A stretch of DNA of 61,644 nucleotides, the filler included, from Dimargaris cristalligena (taxonomy: Eukaryota), in NCBI GenBank assembly GCA_003614675.1. It is 11 parts of 11 records of this genome, joined end to end, with 100 filler letters (N's around TTAATTAATTAA, not from the genome) between each part and the next. Parts side by side here need not be neighbours in the genome. Positions count along the whole stretch, not along the records: positions 22,534 to 28,045 come from ML003619.1; positions 28,146 to 33,652 come from ML003620.1; positions 33,753 to 39,256 come from ML003621.1; 8 more parts are not named here. One strand, written 5' to 3'. The translations under genes were made by a program, and so were the position numbers. Position 1 is the first letter of the stretch. Every line of letters starts with the position of its first letter. Shown here piece after piece: positions 23,561-36,900 of the stretch. The notes below the pieces were generated by a model. That model did not search any database and was not told the DNA's origin. It saw only the letters and a list, made by a program, of their open reading frames with translations.

Positions 23561-25990
23561 CTAAACCTCTTTACCCACATCTTCGGTTGGGTCATCCACC
23601 CAGGTCACGTTCAAGTCAGCCGCATGCCTCCGTAGCCATCCGATGATATTGTTATTGAAGGGATAGTAAATGGCATGAACGCGCAGAAAATCCAAAATCA
23701 CTTTAAGAAGAATCCGGGCCTTCTGAGCCCGGGTGGACGGTGGATTGGAGGGGATCTCTTCTTCGGGCAAGAAAGGAGGATGGTGCGCAGGAACGGGGAT
23801 GGGTGAAACAGGTGAATCGTCCTTTTCTATTTCGACGAGGCATACCATGCCGGTCAAGTAAAGACACCCGGCCACCGATAAATTGTGACAGGGCATGGGG
23901 ACAAATTTGGCACGGTGTATTAAGGCACCGACCGCCCACGCGGTGATCCAGCAAATATCCCGACATTCGGTTCGGGTTTTTTTATCTAGCCTAGCAGTAG
24001 CCTCGGCACTGGCACTAATACTGGCCATTCGTTCGGATTTCTCCATGGCTTTTTCCTCACCTACGTTGTCGAACCCGGGGGACAGTAGGCCGCTCGTATC
24101 ATTGAGGCGGATACGGATGGTATAAATCTCGGTGAAGCGCATGAGTAGAGCACCTTTTAAAACATGTTCTTCGCGGGCCTGGGGACGGGATAGACCAGGG
24201 AAATATTCCGCATACTTCTGGTGGTTAAAATTCAGTAACCAGTTATCCAGCTGGTGGTTGAGGTAGGGTCGTTTATGGATCCACTGCTCCCAATTGCCCA
24301 GCTTTCGCTGTTGTATTAGCTCACAAGTTGTATAGAGGGCATTTAGAACGACCCGGTCGTCCGGGAGCCACTGGTACATGTCGGTGTATTCCGGGAGAAT
24401 AGACGGGAGGTAGTGTAGTGCGGCCGGGGCGCTATGCGTAGCCCTCGGCACGGAAAAGCTGGTATGGGTGTGATCGCGAGGGGGCGGGGCTGTGTAGTCA
24501 GTCTGGGAAAGCAACTGGCGGTTATATTCAACCAGCCGGATACGCTGGTTCGGGAGTTTCACCCGGCACTCGACTGGATTAACGGTGGGGCTGGTACCTA
24601 GAATTAGGGAAGCGCCAAGCTGGAACATATAGACTATCCACCAGACCACACGCTTGGACTCTTGGTAGGTATCCTCATCAATACCCGCCAAAATCGGGAC
24701 ATTGCCGTTTAGACCGATGGGGCGCACGGGGCCGGGTGCGTCCGTTAGATGGAGACCAAGGCGTTGGCCTAGGCGTAGGGCCGCCGAAAAGTAAAAGTCA
24801 CCGGCATCCCAATTACCAAAGGCCATTTCATTGTCACCCATTAGGAAGAGGGTGAATACATCATCCAGGGAGGACCCCTCCAAATTTTCCAGGACGGACA
24901 CCCGGGCCCGCTGCTGATAGATGAGGCCAGTAGCATAGGCCGGGTCACTATACACCACGGGGTGATCCGAGTAGGCCGCCTCGTACGCCATCAGAGCACA
25001 CACCAAGCTGGCGGGGACGGCGTTGCGTTCGTAGCGGTCAATTAGGCGGCGGTAGTACAGGGAGCCCAAGACAGGGTAGATGCGCTGGCAGTAGCGATGG
25101 AGCAATTCACAAACAATCGTAGAGTGGAATAGCAAATCGACTTGGGGTACGGGGGGGGTGACGAAAAGGGGGTAGTTAATGGAAATGTTGGGGGGAGCTC
25201 GGTGTGGTACAGCGGCCGGGGGCCGTGGGATATGGGATCCCACGCTAGTGCCAAGGAGAAGCCACGGCGTCTCGATTGATACCGCCTGAAGGGTCGAAGG
25301 ATTAGGATACACCCATATGGGGCGGTGACGCTCGGTCCTTAGTAACGGGGCGTAGCTCCGGATAATGGGTGACAAGGCGATGGAATCATCAGTCAATGAT
25401 AGTGCGGGTTCCTCGATGTCCTTTAGGATGTCGGGGGAGAAGGGTCCGGTCGACACAGCTGAGCCGTTGGAGGAAAACAATACCACGTTCGACTCCGAAG
25501 GCACCACTGGTTCGTCTTGAAACCCCCTTTCTTCGGGATCGGGGGTCGGTCGATTGAGAAACTGAAGGAGGGTGTCCGCCGCAACCCCGGCGTTGGCACA
25601 CAGTTCCTTGAACATCCATTCGGGGAGGGTGACTTGGCCACCCGATACCGTAAGGGAATCGTTCAACTGGTAGGCCGGTGACGTTAGGCCGCTGGAGGGG
25701 GTCGACGAAGAGCGGGACAGCGGTGGCACCGAGTCCGCGGGGAGACGTTCGGCAACGAATGTAGTTTTGAAGGCGGCCTGGGCATCGCTTTCTTTAGGTT
25801 TCCGGGGCTTCGGGCGGGGCCGCTGGAAGTTACTAAAGGTGCATGGTGGGGTGTCGGGGCGTCGGCGTTGACGTTGGCGGCAGTTCCCACACGGTTGTCC
25901 GCCTTTGCAGGCGATTTTGCGGATGCGGCAATAGTCACAGGCCTTGTGCGTGCGAATGGGTTGGAGTAGTAAAGGCGAATTAGGTTCCAT
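23561..25990 (-). CDS. Zn(II)2Cys6 fungal transcription factor with middle-homology (Fungal_trans) domain, intronless
   Basis: KACDYCRIRKIACKGGQPCGNCRQR...PCTF; AALRLGQRLGLH...ESKRVVWWIVY...VKLP; first ATG at 25990 (frame open to 26047). Confidence 0.92.
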   Translation of the reverse strand: MEPNSPLLLQPIRTHKACDYCRIRKIACKGGQPCGNCRQRQRRRPDTPPCTFSNFQRPRPKPRKPKESDAQAAFKTTFVAERLPADSVPPLSRSSSTPSSGLTSPAYQLNDSLTVSGGQVTLPEWMFKELCANAGVAADTLLQFLNRPTPDPEERGFQDEPVVPSESNVVLFSSNGSAVSTGPFSPDILKDIEEPALSLTDDSIALSPIIRSYAPLLRTERHRPIWVYPNPSTLQAVSIETPWLLLGTSVGSHIPRPPAAVPHRAPPNISINYPLFVTPPVPQVDLLFHSTIVCELLHRYCQRIYPVLGSLYYRRLIDRYERNAVPASLVCALMAYEAAYSDHPVVYSDPAYATGLIYQQRARVSVLENLEGSSLDDVFTLFLMGDNEMAFGNWDAGDFYFSAALRLGQRLGLHLTDAPGPVRPIGLNGNVPILAGIDEDTYQESKRVVWWIVYMFQLGASLILGTSPTVNPVECRVKLPNQRIRLVEYNRQLLSQTDYTAPPPRDHTHTSFSVPRATHSAPAALHYLPSILPEYTDMYQWLPDDRVVLNALYTTCELIQQRKLGNWEQWIHKRPYLNHQLDNWLLNFNHQKYAEYFPGLSRPQAREEHVLKGALLMRFTEIYTIRIRLNDTSGLLSPGFDNVGEEKAMEKSERMASISASAEATARLDKKTRTECRDICWITAWAVGALIHRAKFVPMPCHNLSVAGCLYLTGMVCLVEIEKDDSPVSPIPVPAHHPPFLPEEEIPSNPPSTRAQKARILLKVILDFLRVHAIYYPFNNNIIGWLRRHAADLNVTWVDDPTEDVGKEV

Positions 25991-27994
25991 AGTTACAGTC
26001 GACTCAGTAGGGATAATGAGGGGACATGGTGAGGTCCCCTCAAGCAAGGTGAAATAAAATAAAATCGGGGTGGTAATTGAGGGGAAGAAGCGGGAAACTG
26101 GTTTGTGAATGTGGGCTGGTGGTCAGCCTACCGAGATATAACCATGAAGAAACTGTACAAGTCGGAATGATGGATGAAATGTAAAGTCATGTGTAAGTGG
26201 ACCAAAAGCGACCACAGGAAGCGCGTCAATTTATAGAGCAGGAGGAATGGGGGGAGCTAGTACACCTTCCGTGGGACCAGCGTCGCAAAAAAAATCGCTA
26301 GAAATTGGCGGTTGAATATTGTTGCTTTGGATCACCCTCGTTACCCGCTGACTCTCGGTTTTGTAACAACGATTAGAATGGCCCCGGGCCTAATGTACGG
26401 GAATCATTCAGGTATAGTCAATAGTCACATGGCGCTTCTTGCTAGTGTGCAACAGACCTTATCTTGGGGGCGTGGGGGTTTTTCTAACTATAAACAGTGC
26501 AGTGAGTAAAATTAGACGGGCAGCAACGCACAGGCATCACTCAGTAGAAATGCTTGCCCGCCAGCACCTCGAGATACTGTGTCAAGCCAAAACTAAGAAT
26601 TGGGGCCTTGTTATCTATCTCATTTCGTTCATTTTCGAACCAATCATCATAAAGACCGATTATCCTCAGTTGCGTGATACCAAGATACAGCCGTTGATCC
26701 GAAACTTACATCGGCGGAATGAAATAAAAGCATCCCGTGGTGTGAACTATTTATTGACGCCCCCAACTTGCCAACTACTCGCACGGGTATAAATCCACCA
26801 AGAGTAAACCGTCCCCAGTCTATACAAAACGAAATGGCACTGTACCAAAACTGGATATATACTTCGGCCGAAGTCCCTTTTTGTGATCTTGTCTTAACCA
26901 AATCAGCCCCATTCAGTAGCTATACTTTGTAAATGTCGACAAAATAATATGTATTACCCTGGGAACTTCACTCGCAGGTACTGTTGGAAATATAAATACA
27001 ATGGTAAACGCAAGTACCTTCAATTGTAACTATAAAGATTTAAAGAAGAGAGAATGAACCGCAAGGGGCAAAGTTAGATGCCTGCGGCTGGTTTTATTGT
27101 ATTGGAAATAGCAGTAATGATGATAAAAACGTTGTTCCGAGTATGGGGTGATATAATCATAGATAGAGAATAGTCCCGGGTATAGGACGGACCAATCAGA
27201 GTGATGGAAATGGTTGGGCGGGAAAATGAATTTCCAACAAGTACAATACAGTGGGGAAGGGGGGGGGGTCACGGTCCCCCAGTCTAAAACATTACTTTCG
27301 CTTGCTTGGTATATTTCAAATCCCCAAATTTATTTTCCAGCTACATACATGCTATGTAAACTTTGTAGCCATTTCTATTTTCACCAAGGTATGGTATGGG
27401 TTAGTCGAACGGCAAATATGGTTTCAAATAGATCCAGACCGTGTAGGATCAGGATAGTCGCCAGCAATAAATGGAAGCCCACATCCCTTAATGAATGATT
27501 GTGCAATTGTTTCACATTCACAGGATGGTGTGGGCAACTTACTTGGCTAGAACCACCCCCATAACATGTGGTGCCCCTTATTTGTATTTTTTACATTTTT
27601 ACTAATTGGCTTACCACTCAGCACACCACGCCTGCTTGAGGCTGCTCTTGATTGTTTTCCAAGTTTTTGGTGGGAGTCTTCCACGGTTCCAGCGAGCCCC
27701 CGTAGTGTAAAGTCTTGCTTACCGACACAAATATTCCCCAACACCAAAATATGAATAAGTCGAGGCACACCATTGTAGCACCATTCCCACCTTTAGACCC
27801 GCCCTCATCAACCTATTAAAATCACAATCAAAGTGACGACCACCTAATAAACGGTAAGACTAAATCAGGCCATGCCCTTACTTAGCCGGTCTCCCCAACA
27901 ACTCCCGTTGGCGGCATGAGCAACAGGACACGATGATTTGCATCTCTAACGGAAGGTCATGCCATGAATGAGTCAACGGACTCCTTGTTGATAT

Positions 27995-28045
27995 GGGTGA
28001 ACTTCAACCCAACTGTATAAGATTTTACACAATATGTGTATGGGA
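27995..28045 (-). mobile_element. MITE (family M) terminus at the contig end; another terminus at 22534-22584
   Basis: ATAT-GGGTGAACTTCA...CTGTATAAGATTTTACAC matches the M terminal sequence. Confidence 0.65.
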
Positions 28046-29557
28046 NNNNNNNNNNNNNNNNNNNNNNNNNNNNNNNNNNNNNNNNNNNNTTAATTAATTA
28101 ANNNNNNNNNNNNNNNNNNNNNNNNNNNNNNNNNNNNNNNNNNNNCACAGAGCTATGCACCAACTTCAAACCCTCATATCTCCACCAATAATGATCCAAA
28201 TCCAACAAATGAAAATATTCCAGAAACCTCTTGACAAGGAGGACAGCTCAGCAAGATTCTGGATTATGACACAATCACCTCTGCGTGCCCTCGTCCCAAT
28301 AGTCAACTGTTGACCATCAATCCACCAGTCAGCAACCATCCATCGTTTCTTCCACTCCGCAGGAACCACCAGCATTGGCGTCCAAATCATCACTCATATC
28401 TGATAACCCAGCGCCGGCAGTGGTTCCCCACGTGAGAAGGCAACAAAAGTCCTAGGTGGGGAGGAAGTGGCAAGCCACACGCGTAGGGGAGCAGCTGGAA
28501 GTGAGGACGCCGCGATGGGAGGTGCATGGTGTTAGGGAAAGTTTGATGGCGATGGCTGGCGCAGGGCAATTCAATTGTCTTGTGGTGACAGCAAGGGGGG
28601 AGGCAGCTGGTCCCATGCAAAGAGAGCGGGATTGCAAGGGTGGCAACAGAGACAGGATGGAGGGAGGAGCAGTACTAGGTCATGCAAATGATACGGCTTT
28701 TCTGGGAAAACGTCAAAAAAAAGGATGAGGGGACCCAGGCAGGCAAGGGAAGGAGGCAACAGGACTGGAAAGGAGCCAACAAGGGAGAGAAAAGGATCAA
28801 GCCTAGGAAAGAGAGGAGGTGAAAACAAAGGACACATCAAGGAAGACGAGGGGAGGACTTGTCCCGGGGCAGGAGGTCTAAGAAAAATGGACCAACAACG
28901 AGGTTAAGGAGGCCAAGAGAAGGGAGGATGAGGTGAACATTTGGTGCGATGTAAAGAACAGACCTGTATCGGCTCTCTATGACTGTGAGGAGAATGTGAA
29001 CGGAAAGTGCGAAGTTCTAGAGGACGCAAGAAATAGCGACATGACCTTTGCCTTGTAGTCAGTGATTAAGACTTGCAGAGAGCTGACCTGGGACTATACC
29101 CTGGGGTCGAAGAGGTCTGCCAAGGTCTGCTCGGTCCATCCCGAGCTTGTCGGTACTAGGATAATTGGTGAGTAGAAGAAGTCCACAAAGCAGAGGCAGC
29201 AGTTCCACAGCTCGCCATGGGGTCCAAGGGATACTGCCATTGGGAAGGCGTCGAACCCGATCACCCTCCAGCGTGTTTGCAGAGCCATGAGAGTGTGGAG
29301 GAAGCTGTAGGGTTGCTGAGGGTCCTTGAAGGTTGGCAGTTCAGGCAGCTGGTTGTGTACTACTTGATCGCCACAAGCATTGACGACCAATAGTAATCGG
29401 TGACAAGATTCTTGATGGTCTTTATCTGACCCTGGTGCTTCTATTCAGCAATTTGGTCGTGGTATTGTTCCATGCTTGATCTGCATATGAGTTCTGGTAC
29501 ATAGAGTCGCGTCATAGTAGAGGATGTCGCTATCGAATTTGTACTGAGCCAGGGCGC

Positions 29558-30182
29558 TGTCATGATCCTGAGCGATGGTACAAGTACTGACCTGGAGCCA
29601 CAGTACAGGTTATGATCCAGAGGCATGGTACAAGTCCTGACCCGAAGCCACAGTACAGGTCATGATCCAGAGCCATGTAGAAGTCCAGACTCAGCGACCA
29701 GGTACAGGTAATGATCCAGAGGAATGGCACTTGGATACCTTCTAGCACAGCCCCAATGCCCCATGATTCTGGATATCTTCTAGCAAAGCCACAATCCATG
29801 CCACAGCCCCAACTCTCAGCACAGCCCCAAGCTTCCCCTCTATATAGACCCTTGTATCCCTTCCATTATAAACCATCCTGATCAACACCAGTCGTGGGCA
29901 ATACAATCTAGTCCTGCCTCCAAGTCCCCTTCATGTCTAGTCCCCTCCTGCTCCTCTCATCTCCCTGACTCCTGTTGCATGCACCTAGGCAACCCCCCTC
30001 TCCAAGTCGTTTCATTAAGTCCACACTCCCAACATCCCACCACTCAAGACTGCTGCCCCTGACAGGCGCTGAGCTTGGAGGTCTTCTTCGAGGCAATGGC
30101 AAGTAGGGTTTTGATGTCGAGCGAGTGGTCATTGGTTGACATATGGTGAAACCACGCTCCCCCTTCCTCAGGGCTGGTGACA
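29558..30182. mobile_element. LTR-like segment (TGTCA...TGACA, 625 bp) next to a decayed gypsy element
   Basis: Inverted 5-bp termini, internal tandem repeats, TATA-like motifs at about 29840-29870; no TSD. Confidence 0.45.
29562..29730. repeat. Tandem repeat, unit about 50 bp, about 3.3 copies
   Basis: ATGATCC starts at 29562, 29612, 29662 and 29711; unit approximately atgatccagaggcatggtacaagtcctgacccgaagccacagtacaggt. Confidence 0.9.
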
Positions 30183-30189
30183 TCGCCTG

Positions 30190-32440
30190 CTAATATGTCA
30201 ACTGGAAGCAAGCTTATTTCAGAAATGAGCAGAGTTCTTATGAGGACTTCGATTCGTTTTTAGCGTTGCATATTTCAGAGCATACTGGGACATGCCCAAG
30301 AGGAGGTCAGCTCCTGTGTTTATCCGGTACTCAATGGAGAAGTTGTACAAAGTTCTTCAGTCTAACCTGCTTGTCGCTAGCTGAGCTTTGCCTGCTGAGC
30401 TGCGGATTGCCGGGACTTCTTTCATGGGCCGCTTATGTTCTTTGTCCGTCTTTGACTAGATTAAGATGTTGTTGAGGGGGGACACAAAGAACTTTTTGTA
30501 CAGGTGACCGTGGATGGAGTTCATAAAGGGCTGAGAGCACGCAGGGGTGTTCAACAGCATGACAAAGAATTTGAAGTGACACTAACGGGTCCGGATCGCT
30601 GTCTTCATGGTGCTGTCCGCTGCAACCAGTACACTACGGTGAGCATCTTTGAAGTTCACAAGGGTCAAGTACTTGGCATAGGCTGATTGATCACGCATCC
30701 CAAGGAGACTTGGTAGCAGTTTTAGATCTCGCTTGGTGACAGGGTTGAGACCTTGAAATTTGAGGCATGGACATAGACAGCGGTCTACCTTCTTAGCAAA
30801 GGCAATGGATGCTCCCCGCTCTGATTGAGAGTGTCGTATTCATCCATTCTCGAGGTAGCTGTTGATCTGCTTTCTTAGCTTGTAAAGTTCGTCCTGAGTT
30901 AGTAGTTGAAGGGGGTGAAACTCTCGTTGCGCGCCTTTCTAGAAACTGGATCAAAAAGTTGGGCTTGCCCAGATCATGTGGAAGGCTGATGTTTGGCTGG
31001 AAAAGGGTGGTTTTGTCGCATTTTTGATTAGTTCTTTGAGGAAATTGTCCTGTCTATTCCTGGCTGAGTCGACTGACGGCATCACGTTGATTGGGTAGAG
31101 GAGCTCCTCCAGGGTGGCGATCTGTGTGAGGTTGATGTCTACGACATCAGGGTTGTTGGGGCTGTGCACCGGCATGCACTGGATGACATAGTCAAACATC
31201 CTGCAGCGCCACGTCTTGAGGAACGAGCTGGACTTCATCTGCATGGAACCAGTGATGGGGAAGGATTGTGGAGGTTTGGGCCCTTCGAGTTTGTCCTTGT
31301 TGCCCACGTTGACTGTGAATACTTGCGGCCAAGGGCAGTGCTTTGGTAGTTTCGGGAGAAGGGCAGTCTCCAATTTGTGGAGGATTGGTTGCAATGGGAC
31401 ACTGAAGCGCTGTTCCTGATTCTTGAACTCAACAGCCGGTCATGAGGCGCAGTCAGGCCAAGTGGTTGTGAATCCTTTATAGTAATTGGCCAGCGGAAGA
31501 CCAAGGATGGCGTTATATCGGATATAGGTGATCACCAACGGCAGGGCCTTGAGCTCTGATATACTTTTAGTGGCCAGGTTGTGCATGCTGATGTCGGCCT
31601 GAGTCATGTGGAGATATCGAGAGGACTTGCCGCGAGCCTCAAGATTGATTTGGAGGCGCCAAGAGGATCTGACATTGCGGAAGCGGTGTTTGGCGTGGAA
31701 GCAATCAGAGACAACAAATGTGTTGCAGCCGGAGTTCATGAGGATTCTGGTGAACTGGCGGTTGAGGCCGGCATGAATGACAGGCTGGTTAACGATGATA
31801 GGTTGGATGGGGTCTTCATTGAAGGAAAAGAGGGTGGCTTCCTTAACTCTATCTTACTTGTGGTGGTCGCCCATTCCCTTCTTATGCACCAGCGAAGTAG
31901 GGCTTTCTGCTGGCGCCTTCAATAATCTGGGCCCTCCGAGAATGGGTCCCATGACGAGTCCTATGACTCTTCTGCTTGTGTTGGCGGGTCCTCAATAGTC
32001 GCCACAGAGGTCTGGGCTCCCACTAGGGCCTGGGCAATACAAACAGCGAACTCTGGGTGCACTACCCCTAAGTTAGGGCTGATTTCCAGGTTGTCGATTT
32101 CGAACTTGTGGACCGATGTGCCGTGGCCCTGGGAGCTGGCGTCCTAGGGGTTGCTTCTGTTCCGCTTTGAAGGAGTGAGCAGCTCTGTACTGGGTACTAC
32201 CTCCGTGTCTGCATCTTCTGCGGCTAGCAGCGCCTCCTCGAGCGCCTCCTCGAGAGATTCCGCCTCCATGGCTCCAGCCACCTCTTTCATACGAGTTGCC
32301 TGGGTCTCTGGACTTGGAGCTCCATGCAAATCGACAATGCTATGGACACTCAAAAGTTGTCTGAGCAACAGCGCCGACAGGTGTTCCTTCTCATTGACAA
32401 GGATGATCATAAGCACCAACTCTGCGGAGGACGCATGACC
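30190..32440 (-). pseudogene. Degenerate, internally deleted Ty3/gypsy gag-pol (gag-like, protease, RT N-half, RNase H tail)
   Basis: The minus strand at 30915-30480 reads ELYKLRKQINSYLENG*IRHSQS..ASIAFAKKVD...FQGLNPVTKRD..LP...AKYLTLVNFKDAH...KTAIRTR*CHFKFFVM (RT). NSGC protease-like motif at about 31735; CxxC at about 32040. Confidence 0.8.
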
Positions 32441-33752
32441 ACACAGTACACACGCAAGCCTGGCCCTATGTTGTTATTTCCATGAGGGTGGATGAAAAAG
32501 GAATAGATGTTATCAATCACTTAGTACATGAGGGAGGAGAAAGTTTGAACTTTCATCTCTCATGCTTGGGGCAATAAGGATCCCAAGCTCGCCTTCTTGT
32601 GACTCAATGCTGTTTGTAGAATCTCATGGGGAGTCTGGATCTTAGTTGTGGGTGGTACATCTTGAGCACGCCTTATCTGTTGAGTCTTTGAGTCCCCCTT
32701 GACAAGTTGACAGAGAGGTACTTCCAGGAGCTGCGTGAGTCACGGTGCCATGGCGGGCAACCCCTGCCTCATCTCGTCCTTCAGGCTGAAGTAAGACTAC
32801 TCTCATCTAGCAACACTGGCCAACCGTGCGGAGAGCCATGAGTCCCCACGATGATCACAGCCCAAAAAAGGCCAACACCCCCTCCCAATCCCAGTCCCTA
32901 ACAAGCAACCCCTTTCATCAACCAAGAATGAAGCCCACCATAACGAAGAGTCTCCCCTCAATTGGGTTCTGAACATTGCCGGGCCCACAAAACAATCAAT
33001 CTTGTTCCAAATAAGCAGCTCGCTGGCAGATTCCGTCCTCCTGGCTGGCCCCCATCCTCCAGCCTGCACCCCGTTGACCCCACCACCCTCCTTCCCAAAA
33101 AAGAAAAACGGAATAAACGGGAGGCCGACTGAGGGTTGCTACGGTGGCAGAGGGACACGGAGGGGCACTGTGAAAGGGGAGAGCTAGGAAGGACTGGTGG
33201 GAAATCGTCGGGGCACGATAGGTGCCCCTTGTCGCTTCCCCTCCTTCCTCCCCTCCCTCGGCGTCACCCGTGCCCGGAGAACAGCAATCCTCTGAACGGC
33301 TCATCTGGACGTTGTTCGGAAAAGTACGCAGGGGGTCGTCCGCTTTCCGCAGGAGGTGAAAGCCGCTTTAGACTGTCCCCCTTTCCCGCGCGGCGCGTTT
33401 AGTTTATACGCGTCGGTCGACCCTGCAAAGGTGGATTCATAACACAAGGTCCACTAAATGCTTGCTTGGATGGCTTTCGTCGCGGTTCGCCGCCGCCCTG
33501 GGACTTTGGGTGCTGCCGCCGTAAGGAATCACCTTGGCGACACAGAGTCTTCGACATCGGCTTCCTCCTCGCGACAGCCTCCCATGTCCTTCAGGCTCTT
33601 GAAAGGCGGCGTTCGTCTCGTCACAAGGGAGCTGAGAAACTGCCTGGCTCTGNNNNNNNNNNNNNNNNNNNNNNNNNNNNNNNNNNNNNNNNNNNNTTAA
33701 TTAATTAANNNNNNNNNNNNNNNNNNNNNNNNNNNNNNNNNNNNNNNNNNNN

Positions 33753-33972
33753 GGTTGGGGGAAGCAGGGGTGGGAGCACCCTTGCAAGGGCCGCTCTGGC
33801 AACCGAATCCGCAGTGGGCGTCGGTTGAACCGCAGGAGCCAAAACCGCTACAGCAGGTGCCGTTGGCGCATGGCTTGGAAACGCTACAAGTACCATCCCA
33901 ATGCTGGGGCATGGCTGAAACAGCGATGGCCGAGAGAGTGGAGAGGAGAGCGACGGTGATAAACTTGACCAT
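33753..33972 (-). CDS. Secreted chitin-binding protein with CBM18/hevein domain; 3' truncated by the contig end
   Basis: Signal peptide MVKFITVALLSTLSAIAVSA followed by the 8-Cys hevein pattern CSVSKPCANGTCCSGFGSCGSTDAHCGFGCQSGPC and a Pro/Thr linker. Confidence 0.88.
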
Positions 33973-36900
33973 GGTGAGGGTGGGAAGCGAGGAGTGGTTG
34001 GGGCAAAGGCTAGTTGCGAGTGTAGTGACTGGAGGGCAAGTGGTGAGGGGGATGATAACTTCGTGTGCGTGAGTGGAACAGAGTGGAGTATGCGGTCGGT
34101 GTTGTTATAGAATGTAGGAATGATATTGATTCATAAGGTGGGCGTGTTTGGCTTTTATATTCCTGAGATAACTGGATAATGGAGAATCGGGACACGTTAC
34201 CTTGTAACTAGGAATTTGGTTCCCAGTCGATGCAGTACACGGACTGTAGGGACTTGGGCATGTCTGCGGTGACCCGGTGTACTCTGGTATTATCAGTGAA
34301 GTTCACAGATATGCACAATCAAGAAATACACAATACCCGGATGGTCTATTATTCCCATTGCCTTTTGATATTGGGTATGGAACAATAGCAGTACCGCCTA
34401 TCCCATTAGTTTCTGGACCGGGAAGTCATAATTGAGGCCTTTTGCTTTAAGCACAATAGTCACCAAATGATTCACACCACCTGTTATCCTGATATTCTAA
34501 GATTCTATATACTACGTCTCCACCGCGGGTACCAGGGATAATGTTGGGGGTGTCACTAGATGACTGGTTCACCACAGCAACGGTTAAATACTTGCGGACA
34601 ACCAGTATGTTAAAAATCCGCTAATTGAATTGTGAATTTAACAATGGGCATATAACGACAATCGAGGGTAATGAGTAACAAGTATTAAATACTCGCTCCA
34701 TCCCGTCATTATAGTCAAACGTTACTCACGCCAATGGTGTGTATTGTCCCAAAGTGGATATCGACTATCCAAAACCGGATCCATCCAATTTGGACACTTG
34801 TCTATTGTGTTCGTTTGTTGTTGCTGGAGGCATACCTGACGGTGGCCCTGGGTTAGCCCTACCTTACTTTTATCCATTGGGATATGTCACGGGTCGAATT
34901 GGCTTAGTAAACCTCCAAATGGTATCTCGTTCGTCCATTCTAAACACATGTACAATACCTGTAAAAAGTGACACGCAGTTATCTGTGGGGGGTATATCCG
35001 TCTACTATGGCTGGATATTGCCCTATATTACCACAATGTGTCAGAAAGTAGACTCGAAAAATGATGGAACTAGCGTCACCAATAGTGAGTTTCAAGTTTC
35101 AGAGTGTGGTCATAGACTGTTTAAGTAATCGTTATAGAGTGACCTTGCCGGTACGACAGGGAACACACCATGAGTTGCGGCGTAGATTATTATGTTGCGA
35201 CTTTTGTTTCAACTAAGGCAGAGCCCGCTCTGATTAGATCACCAGGCTGCATCAGTGGGTTGCACACCCAGCAATAGGCTACACCAATAAGCCAATATGC
35301 TAAGACGGCATATCAAATTACGTTTTGCGCAAATTCATGATCGTGGATAATTGCCATCACTCTCATGCAAGGTCTTTCATCAGCGAGATCTCACGTTAAT
35401 AGGATCTAAAATTTGTTGGAAATGCTAATGGAGTATCAATAAGGCTATATAGAAAGGAGAAAAGCAGATAGAGGTGACATGTGCCTCTGGATGGCTAGTT
35501 TTATTGAATGGTATAGTTGGTGGGGGGCATTTTGAATGGTTGATATCACCCGGGTTAACTACTCTTAGTCCATCAAGAGTCCTGAGGATAGGCTTCTAAT
35601 GGTAGGCAGGGCTTAGACTTGGCTAATTGGGCTACTAGTGCTAGGACAGGGGTGTAGTACTAACCAATAAAGGATAATGCAGGTATATGCAAGGGACGTG
35701 CAGCAGGCACACTTACTAGTTGGTACAAGGGGGGTAAGTGTATATAGAGTTTATTGAGGTAACTAAGGGGTAGAGATAAGCTAAGGAATTGAACCAGTCC
35801 TGGTAGGGCCTGGTTATATGTATGCAGGGACAGCTCCAGAGGGAGGTCCTAAGGGAAATACTACTAAGACTAAGGTATGGAAGTAAAGAATCTGACTAGA
35901 TGACTTCACATTGGGAAGACTCTCATGGGAACTTGAAGAGTCTGGGATCAGTAAGTTGAGTGTTTGGAGTGCAAAGCATTGGGGTTAAATGAGCAGGGTT
36001 ACATAATAAAGGATGACCCCATAGTACCAGGGGTGACTATGGGAGGGTCAATATGGCACTATAAGGCAAGAATAGGATGGGTGATTATTAGGTCTGGATC
36101 AAGTTAGATTAGAAGGGCCAATATCACCCTCTCCTACTGGAGCCTCTTCCTTGAGGCCTTCAATAAATGTAATAATCTGGTCACCGGAGACTCATTCCTG
36201 TGGGTGGTATTTGTCATGGACCACTGGGGTAATGGTATAGGTGTTACCACTATGGGTAGCTTTAATAGAGACAGGTCCCTTGAAGGGGGCCTGTAAGGTT
36301 AATATGCCATGTGGGACTCAGATGAGGACATGGTCACCAATATGATATTGTGTGGGGTTAGTTGGCTTGGGTCCCGGTTTGTGATAGACATATTGGTAGG
36401 CTTCATGGAGCTGATTACATAGCTTGTCAACATAGGCAGAACCAGTGGAGGCTCGTAAGGCCTTGGGTTTGGTGTTCAGTGTAATGTCGACTGGCATGTG
36501 GGAGTCACATCCATACATCAGAAAGAAGGGCTTATTGGCAATTATGCGGACATGAGCCATGTGGTAGGTAAATAAGTGGAGGGTAAGGTGTTGGTCCCAT
36601 TGGGGGTCATCACCAGAGGAATATTTGGTGATCATGTGCTTGAGGGTCCCATTGAGATGCTCTACCACCCCATTATTCTGGGGGTGGTAGTGAACAGCCA
36701 TCTGGTGGTCCACCCCTAAGAGTTGTAGGGTCTGCCAGAGAAGGCTAGCAGTAAATTGTTTGCCACAGTCAGAGATGAGGATCCAGGGGCATCTATGCAT
36801 GCTGATAATGTCTTTGATGAGGAACTAAATGATGGCTTGGGTAGTAATGTGGGGCATGGCATGCACAAAGTGCCAGCAGGTGAAGTAGTCAACAGCAACA

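Noticed and set aside
29562-29730. Possible CRISPR-like array
   Set aside because: Whole units of about 50 bp are repeated with no unique spacers; eukaryotic LTR context and no cas genes
34739-35128. 129-aa ORF near the CBM18 gene
   Set aside because: Non-ATG start, no motif and AT-rich intergenic composition
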